Positions 55,079 to 64,000 of a stretch of 64,000 bases of DNA are shown here, piece by piece. Origin of the DNA: Octopus vulgaris (lineage: Eukaryota). The stretch spans positions 73,098,001 through 73,162,000 of the forward strand of contig OX597821.1 in NCBI GenBank assembly GCA_951406725.2, in the 5' to 3' direction. Position numbers and translations under genes: made by a program. Under the pieces are notes generated by a model. It was given only the letters and a program-made list of their open reading frames with translations. It did no database searches and was not told the origin of the DNA. How positions within the stretch are numbered: the stretch's first letter is position 1; each line of letters opens with the position of its first letter.

Positions 55079-56109
55079 GAAAGTACTTACATATATACAT
55101 GCACCCATAAACATCTATATTTATTACATATACGTGTGTGTGCATATATATATATATATATATGTATGCATGCATATATGTATGTATTTATGTATGTATG
55201 TATGTATGTATGTATGTATGCATGCATGTATGTATGTATTTGTTTATGTATGCACGTATGTATGTATGTATGTATTTATTTATTGTATGTATGTATGTAT
55301 GTATGTATGTATGTATGTATGTATGTATGTATGTATGTATGTATGTATGTATGTATGTATGTATGTATGTATATATGTATGTATGGATGGATGTATTCAG
55401 CTGCGATCAAACAATAGTATCATTTGTATATAGTTTTGTATATATGTATAAATGCAGTGTATGTATATATTTCTGTATGGTTAAATTTTAAATTTCGTGC
55501 AAAAGCAAGGATAGATATTGAGAGAGAAAATGCAGGTCTCCCTTAGCAACCGCATACATATTGCCTTAAGAAGACACGCAAAATATATACATACATACTC
55601 ATACAAGCTCGAACACACACACACACATTTGTGTATGAATCCATGTAAATACATGCATAAGCACGCACACACACACACATTCTCAGCTATCGTTTTGAAA
55701 GATCGATATTTGAGCATGTGTGTATGCATGCTTCCACGTATGTACGTGCGATTCTATATTTAGAGCAGACGAATGACAAAAGATGGATGTTGAGTCACCA
55801 CTGGCGTAGCATATGATGTACAGGTTGTCAGACCGCAACATGGCCGCCGCTTTATATCTTTATATTCTGTAGTGGAAGGAATGTTGTGTTTAAGTCATTT
55901 GTCGGTCGATTGGGTTCCCCGTACAGAAGCGGTCAAACAGCGACGCCACCACACCACTGTGGTTGGAAGTACAGCTGGATTGTTAACCAACTCTGGATAT
56001 AAAGCATGTTTGAAGTAGAGACTCACACAGAATAATTGTACACACACACACACACAAACTCTCATATGTATGTGTATTTATATCTATATACACACACGTA
56101 CATATAAAG

Positions 56110-56165
<56 letters not shown>

Positions 56166-56216
56166 ATATATATGTGTGTGTGTAGATACATGCATACACT
56201 TACATGTACATATACT

Positions 56217-56257
<41 letters not shown>

Positions 56258-57160
56258 GTGTGTGTGTAAACTTATAAAAGCACATGCACTTGCATGTGTA
56301 TGTGTGTTATAAATTGTTTCCCATTCATTCAGCTTAGAAATCTATTGAGTAGTTCTTGAAACTTCCTTTTCGCCAAAATATTCCATATTTCTGCTTTGGG
56401 GAATTTAGATCTCAATAAGAAACGATTCTTTTTTTTTTTCTTTTTTGGAGAGGAGGAAGAGGTTGCAGTAATTCAAAGCTCTATAGAAATATTTGATTTT
56501 AAATACGCGGCATACATCTTGGTATATTAGAATGATAAGCGTTTTTAAGGCTATTGTATATAATAATGAAGAAGTACCTGTACGTGGTTATCTAGCCTAT
56601 TAGAAATAGCCGCCGAATTTCCCTCAATCCACATCCTACCTTCTTCAAAAATAGAAGTATACAGCGGATAGTGTTGTTATGCGTACCGTGAGTATAAAAA
56701 GAAAAAACAAGATTCCCATACCTGGAATAGATTTCGTGTTAAGACAGCTCGATGGTGGCTGACCTGTGGCTAAACGATAGAAACCCTTTAACTTTCTATG
56801 AATATCAACATTAGACGTTAGAAAACACTTTGCTTCTTTTATGAAGAACTCTCCTTTGGAAATCTGAAACCCAATAAATAAATAAAAACTTTTGATTCCT
56901 ACGTAGCCCTTAACTGATAATAATCGGTCTAGATGTGTTCTACGAATCAATTACATTAAGATTATATAGTTCTATGTCCCCTGTGGGATGAAGTTAAAAT
57001 AATGGAGAACACCACTGGAAAACTAAAAGAAGCAGCACATATGCTAGGACACAACAACCTCCTAAGCAGACCGAGTGGAATAGCATATGGAAACCAGTAT
57101 TAAGGAAGGATAGGAAAGTATTAGATTTATAAGCCCAAAATTCACTCCATAATTGCCCAC

Positions 57161-57233
57161 GGACATATGGTGTAGTGGTTAAGAGCGTGGTCTACTAACC
57201 CCAATATTCCGAGTTCTTTTTCCAGGCATGACC
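57161..57233 (+). promoter_or_regulatory. tRNA-like internal Pol III promoter module (decayed)
   Basis: 73 nt long, with A box tggtgtagtgg, a 7-nt loop ctactaa, a degenerate B box gagttctttttcc and partial acceptor pairing ggacata/catgacc. Confidence 0.72.
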
Positions 57234-57312
57234 TAAATAATAATAATAGTAATAATATAGTAATATTAATAATAATAGTAATATTCGAGACCCAGTTTCG
57301 AAATTTCTCCAA

Positions 57313-57358
57313 GACACCTGATGAAGGCTGAAGGATATATCAGCCGAAACGTTGTGTT
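57313..57358 (+). ncRNA. Minimal type I hammerhead ribozyme
   Basis: Reads gacac-CTGATGA-a-ggctga(aggatata)tcagcc-GAAAC-GTT-gtgtt. The core is intact and stem III is a loopless palindrome (acgt). Confidence 0.88.
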
Positions 57359-59236
57359 AACAACAAGATGAGGACAAATATCCGTCATGTAAATAATTAA
57401 GATTATATTTTTATGATTACTATAAATGGTCATTTGGTAGCAGAAAATATCTGTTTGCGCTATTTATTACAACAAACTGGCTGAGAGTAAATTCTAAATT
57501 TGAAAAATGTTTACTTTTATCATACGAGAAAAATGCATGATTTATGGACCATGTGGGCTTCTTAACAGTCTCCCTGCATGAAAGAGAATAGATACCAAGG
57601 AGGTATCAGTGTCCGTTTCTGACTGAGAGGCGCAAAGCAGGCACAAAAATTACCCACAAACGGAAGAGAACCGGAAAAGGAAGATTCAAACACCCAACAC
57701 GATTGAATACTCTTTGACACATTTACGCGACGCATCCAAGTTATTCGGAATGTGTTGATATCCGCTCGTTTCTCCATCGCAACAAAAGACCCTAATTCAT
57801 TTGAATCTCTCTTAAGGAACTCGGCTCATCTCCTCCAGAGAAATAAATCAACATCTCGGTTCCTGGAAGACAATGATATCTGAAATTAGACACAAGATAC
57901 CACTACCTGTCAAAATTTCAGCCTTGTTCACCATCTTCATTTATTTCGGCACTCTGTCCAATGCAATAAATTGGTTCTTTTTAGCTTCTGACAGAAATAA
58001 ATTTTAAGAATATTATTTACACAAATTTTGCAATGGAGAAAAAACAACAACTTGAGTACAGAGTATGTTTTTAATGTTTTCCAGAAAATATAAGAATACA
58101 AAGATATTTTAGAATCCTTTTTTTTAATCTGTTGCGCATTTTATGGAACTCTACTGGAACCATCTTCTGCAATGTTTTAATGCAACAATTCTTAGTTAAT
58201 CAACATTTCTGAACCAAATGAAGATTGTCAAAATCTTTTCAAATCTTTGTCTTTAAATATATGAATTCATATTATTGCATCTCTTAATACCCAGCATCCG
58301 ATTCTACCAAAATCTCCCCAATGAACATACCTCAGTGGAATCTAGCAATATGTTGCCTCAGATAAAAATTACTAGCGATGTTTTAGAGAAATCTTCATTC
58401 GGATTACATTCATTCCTCGCAGAGCATAATTAAGTGATGTATAGAATTACTGATGCACTAAAATATGCAGCAACATAAATGCAATGATAATCAAGATTCA
58501 GTCATTAGTTTCAAAGGTGGGGGCGAGAGAATGTAATATGAGAGAAAAAGGAAATCCGAGACTCCGATTTCCGTCGAGTGTCAAAGAGTTGACTTGAAAG
58601 AAAAACTGTGTTCTGAAGCCTTACTGTAATAACGAAGTAATACCATGTCCGTGGTATGACTTGATGGAGACATTTGTTGGGTTGGTAGTGCTTTAAGATG
58701 GCAACATGGAGTGGGAAAATGAATGAAGGGCTTAAGATATAAGGGACTTTGGGAATCACGTGAAACACGAGGTTGGCAGTGTACGGTACTTTCAGCAGAG
58801 ATTGGATGTCCAGGAACTGAAACAGCATTCACAATATCCTACTTGGCTGGCAATAGACTTTGGAAGGACCGCAGAGTAGGGATTCATAGACTGGAGCGGA
58901 GAGTCGAAATTTTTTCATCCTGATAATTGTTCTTCAAAACAAAATACCGATCTTCATTCGAGTGTGCATATACACATCATTATCTTCGCTTTTTCGTGTG
59001 CATTTCACAGATTTAATTTCGACCTGGAAAGCCTTTCGTACACATAAGCAAATCAAATGTTTTCCTTGTTGATTCAGAAGTTCCTAGCGAGCTCCAAAAG
59101 ATTAAGCTGTTGTCTGTCACTGAAAAGACTAAATTAAACCAAAACGTCGCTATGCCATAGTCTTCTGATATTATTTGGAGCAGGTTTTATTTTTAACAAA
59201 CAGTCTCTAAAGGAGCTTTGTGCATATATTAACACG

Positions 59237-59291
<55 letters not shown>

Positions 59292-59296
59292 ATCAT

Positions 59297-59645
59297 TTTT
59301 TACTTGTTTCTGTCATTAGACTGCACCGCTTTGAAGGGTTTTAGTCGGACAAATCGACCGCAATGCATATTTTTAAAGACTGATACTTATTCACTTGATT
59401 TTTTTCCGAATCACTAAATTGCGGACGTAAACAGAGTGACATCGGTTGTCAAGCACTGGAGGAGAACACACACACACACGACAGGCTTCTACACAGTTTT
59501 CGTCTACTAAATCCACTCATCCACTCACAAGGCTTTAGTCGACCTGGGGCTATGGTAGAAGACACTTAGCCAAAGTGTCGCGCAGCAGGATTGAACCCAC
59601 AACCACGCGGTTGTGAAGCGTGTGGCTTCTTAACCACACAGCCAT
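59297..59645 (-). mobile_element. SINE family A, diverged
   Basis: Reverse complement motifs tacttgtttc..ggttgtcaagc..aaatccactcac..agaagacactt..accacacagcca. Confidence 0.85.
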
Positions 59646-59859
59646 ATTCACCTCAAGCATTTGAAAATTTATTTATTTTCTGTCTGCATCTTGTGCTTGT
59701 AAAAGGGAAGCTGAGAAGGGAGACGGAGAATAGAGATTCGATGTAGACAGAAGTAGGTTAAGAGAGAGCAGTAAATATGGAGAGTGAGAGCTGGGATGGT
59801 GGAAGTGTAAACTGGATATAAATAAGTGGGGGGCCTTAAGGGAAGTATAGGCATACGTA

Positions 59860-59893
59860 GCAAAGTTTGTCAGGTGATGGCGTCTTCAGTGAG
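59860..59893 (-). ncRNA. Degenerate hammerhead remnant
   Basis: Minus strand reads CTGAAGA-c-gcca(tcacc)tgac-aaac. G12 is missing and stem I is lost. Confidence 0.35.
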
Positions 59894-60139
59894 ATTATTC
59901 CCTCATTTTATCTGTTTTTTGAAGTGTTTCCAAATGAACCTTAGTAAATAAACTGAAATTCCTTACCATTGGAAACAGAGAATACACGAAAGAGATAAAA
60001 TGATCCTTTGAATACATGCTCTATATCCAAAGGGAAACCGAGATATTTTACTTCAGGTTATTAATTTTATTACTTGGAAAAAGAACTACGAGTTTTAAAA
60101 ACACTTGCATTCATGATGTCGTTAATGACGAAGCAGCCA

Positions 60140-60497
60140 GTAAAAGAGGGAATTTGTTAAACAGGAACGGCAAATTGCTGCTGTGGACAAGAGAAGCAGT
60201 AGAAATCAGAAAGCTTCACCAACTGAGAAAATTCTTTATCATTATACGGACCCTAAAAAAAGACAGAGTGATTCTTTATTGCACTTTATTCAAGATTTTG
60301 TAGCAGAAGGCAGAACTAATGAAGATGTTTTCTACATTGCACCGCATGAGAATAAGCGAATGCTTATTATTCGCGTTCTACCACGACATAGAAGTCTGGG
60401 AACATGAATTAGCTTTTAATGATGGCACCAACCAAGCTCATGGGAAGATTACTGGCGATGCTAAAGCTAAAATACAAAGTTTAGATGAGTTGCCATA
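60140..60497 (+). pseudogene. Frameshifted coding-like relic, possibly a DNA transposase N-terminus
   Basis: Overlapping ORFs (EFVKQERQIAAVDKRSSRNQK...; IEVWEHELAF..HGKITGDAKAKIQSLDEL) have protein-like composition and are truncated by a microsatellite. The family was not firmly recognised. Confidence 0.35.
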
Positions 60498-60509
60498 TGT
60501 GTGTGTATG

Positions 60510-60545
<36 letters not shown>

Positions 60546-60602
60546 TATATGTTTTCATATATGTGTGTGTATATATATATATATGTATATGTGAGTGTAT
60601 AC

Positions 60603-61038
<436 letters not shown>

Positions 61039-61059
61039 TAATATATATTTTTGGTGGGT

Positions 61060-61320
61060 CATCTTTACTTTGTTATCTCCCCTATTTCGTCACTCTCCTG
61101 TATGACCCTTCTGTCCGGCAGTTGCCATGATAGATCGTTAGCCACTACACACATTTTGTTTTCTCTTCTTGTTTTTTTTCTGTGTCCCTTTCTGTAGAAG
61201 AGCGTAGGCTCGAAACGTAAAAGAGTTTTTCAATTCCTGAGCGTTATACTAATATATCTGTTTGTTTTGTACACCACCTGTCTTCGTCTTTTGTCGTTTT
61301 TTTTTCGTGAACTCTTCCTA
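61060..61320 (+). mobile_element. PLE pseudo-LTR fragment with a variant hammerhead (61188-61223)
   Basis: Reads cttt-CTGTAGA-a-gagc(gtag)gctc-GAAAC-GTA-aaag. Same family as 28154. Confidence 0.78.
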
Positions 61321-61682
61321 TATATATATATATATATATATATGATAACAAAATAATAAATAAAACATATGTATATATACATACATATATGTACGTACCT
61401 ACATCTATATGTACATATACATGCATATATGGGTACAGGACACCAAAAAATGTCGAACACAATGAGAAACGAAAACATAAAAACAAAACCAAGGAAACGG
61501 ACAATTTTTTTTTCTTTTGGCGGATTATTGACGCCAGAGTTAGATGACAGGCTCTAAATCATCGGATAGAATCTTTGAACTAATTCTAATGCTAATGCCT
61601 TACCTCATCTCAGCAAAGGCCCACTGCATGGTTCTAAGCTTATCGACAGAGATTTAGCAATCTCCCTCATAACTGCATAAAT

Positions 61683-61749
61683 TACCACTGGTTACTGATG
61701 AGGCAGATGATGTACTAATACCGAGAATAGATTTACTCACAAGTGGTAC
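61683..61749 (+). ncRNA. Possible degenerate hammerhead
   Basis: A taccact/agtggta stem encloses CTGATGA-ggca...tacc-GAGA. There are several core and stem mismatches. Confidence 0.35.
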
Positions 61750-61862
61750 AACACTAGCCCTCCCATTATCGCCTGACGGCGCCCTGGCGACTACATAATG
61801 TCGAGGCAAAAAGCCTATATTTCGTTATGTCAACTGAATATTCTTATTAAACAGAGATAAAA

Positions 61863-62262
61863 GGCGGCGAGTTGGCAGAAACGTTAACGCGCCGGGCGAA
61901 ATACTTAGCGGTATTTCGTCTGCCGCTACGTTCTGAGTTCAAATTCCGCCGAGGTCGACTTTGGCTTTCATCCTTTCGGGGTCGATTAAATAAGTACCAG
62001 TTACGCACTGGGGTCAATATAATCGACTTAATCCGTTTGTCTGTCCTTGTTTGTCCTCTCTGTGTTTAGCCCCTTGTGGGTAGTAAAGAAATAGGTATTT
62101 CGTATGCCGTTACGTTCTGAGTTCAAATTCCGCCGAGGTCGATTTTTAGTTTTCATTCTATCGGGGTCAATAAATCAAGTATCAGTTGAGTACTGGGGTC
62201 GATCTAATCAACTGGCCCCCTCCCCCAAAGTTTCGGGCCTTGTGCCTAGAGTAGAAAAGAAT
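61863..62262 (+). mobile_element. Dimeric SINE family B
   Basis: A full monomer with a long tail is fused at aaataggtatttcgt to a second core. The architecture is the same as 38385-38753. Confidence 0.93.
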
Positions 62263-63400
62263 ACCAGTGGTTTAGTACGTCCTTAAGTATAAACAATAAA
62301 AACGTTGTTCTTCGAGGACGTTCAGTATAGCATGAAATGGATTTAGGGACCACAGGAACCCGTAATATATTAGAAGAACGGTGTAAATATTTGATGTAAA
62401 CTTCGAAGTGAGCCATTCTATATACTGTAGCATATTATGAACTACAACCTGTAGCATATTGTGAAATAAGCTGTATATATGTCTGTATATACACGCGCGC
62501 GCACACATGCACATTCATTAATTATCATTAATTACAGTCTTAGTAAGATTAGCCTATTCATGTCTAAACCGTATTCGGGTTGCTTTTAATAATTACAGCG
62601 AGCGATACATAACCACACCCGGCGTCGCCTATTCATCAAATGGTTTTTAGAAGAATAGAAATACAACAGCTTCCCTGACACAGAAATTCCCAAATAGATC
62701 ATTTATTTTTAGTTTTTATCTTTTTTTAACCATTCCATTTTTCATCTGCCCCTTTGGAACTTCGAAAAACTGTTTGGAAACTGATTCTTCGCCACAGGGT
62801 AACTTACTGTGTTAATTACCTCCCCTTTAAAGCTGTCCCTCTTACATACAAAGGACAATTTAGTTTCCAGAACCCACATTTGATTCCTTTACACTTTATT
62901 AGTTTTATCAAAACCCCTTTATTTTAATTCGCCACTGTTCTTGTTCGTTTGTCACAAAACTCATTTCCTCCATTTCAGTAACAGCATCAGACTCTCTCAC
63001 AACCAAATGCCACATATCAGAGGCGGTTTCAAGTAGTGAAAGTGTAGCCCCAGAATGGCCGCAGCTTTCGAGCTGAAATTGATAATAAAATAACGAAAGC
63101 GATTTCCTTTGACTCTCAGTAACCCACCAATTTTTATAGTTTTTTTCTTTTTTATATTCAAGATTTGTTTCCCAGATCTGTGTCTTTTGTTTAGCTTTAA
63201 AATATACCAGTCACTCACAGTATTTTTATTTTTGATTGCTATTATAGTGTACTGATTGTTACACTGGGATGCTTTGTTCCCAATCATCTATACCTTGCTG
63301 TCTAATTCTCATTTAGTCCCAGAAAGAAATCAATAAGATTTAGCCTGTCTAGTTCGAACCCTTTCTACAATCGTGCGACGTTTTTTTGTGTATGTGTGCG

Positions 63401-63503
<103 letters not shown>

Positions 63504-63678
63504 GTGTGATTCGATTGGTTGATGTAAGTGACCCACTTCTACACATCACAGCAGCAATTTGAAAATCTGTGTGTGCGCTGTACAGAAGTTCGGACGGAAG
63601 CAGTTTATTGTTGTATGAATATATACACGTTTGCATACAATCATAGATGCATACACACACACACACACACACACATAC

Positions 63679-63711
<33 letters not shown>

Positions 63712-64000
63712 TATATACATACATACATATATACATACATATATATGTATATATACATACATATATACGAACATATATACATACATATATATATATGCAT
63801 ACATATATTTATATATTTATATACATACACACACATATACATATTATATATGTGCACATATACGTACGTGTGACTGTTTTTATGAGTCTTTTTATGAGTG
63901 TTTGTGCGTATATTAATTCATCTCATTTCTTGTCTACGTGCCCCGGCACTTTAGTCTTAAATTTTATTGATGTGTAGTCTAACTTTCTAACAACTTTTCT

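Larger units (their letters stand above)
56968..57395 (+). mobile_element. 5'-truncated Penelope-like element with a tRNA-like module and hammerhead, 13-bp TSD
   Basis: GIY-YIG C-terminus-like peptide CPLWDEVKI..KLKEAAHMLGHNNLLSRPS / NSIWKPVLRK lies at 56975-57132. The TSD attaagattatat is at 56955-56967 and 57396-57408. Confidence 0.85.

Noticed and set aside
58040-58450. hAT transposase C-terminal relic
   Set aside because: The resemblance is only vague and the ERSFS-type motif is not recoverable.

Overview
This is AT-rich eukaryotic non-coding DNA, most likely from an octopus or a close cephalopod. That assignment is an inference from the SINE families and the extreme microsatellite load, not from a database search. 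There are no prokaryotic genes, rRNA, intact tRNA genes or CRISPR arrays. Almost all ORFs in the track are microsatellite read-throughs. The window is a mosaic of tRNA-derived SINEs (CORE-like and Nin/Deu-like bodies), 5'-truncated RTE LINEs and restriction-like-endonuclease (R4/Dong-type) LINEs sitting inside (TACA)n and (TAA)n tracts. It also holds Penelope-like element (PLE) remnants with hammerhead ribozymes, a non-autonomous Helitron, MITEs and a Tc1/mariner relic. A few candidate small exons suggest it may be the interior of a long-intron gene. The most notable observation is a unit at 56968-57395, bounded by a 13-bp target-site duplication, that joins a PLE GIY-YIG C-terminus, a tRNA-like Pol III module and a minimal hammerhead. 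Next are two copies of a hammerhead family that share a non-canonical CUGUNGA core. The window also shows microsatellite-partitioned LINE landing sites, including an RTE with a non-autonomous partner, head/tail shuffling among SINEs, and candidate recursive splice sites.
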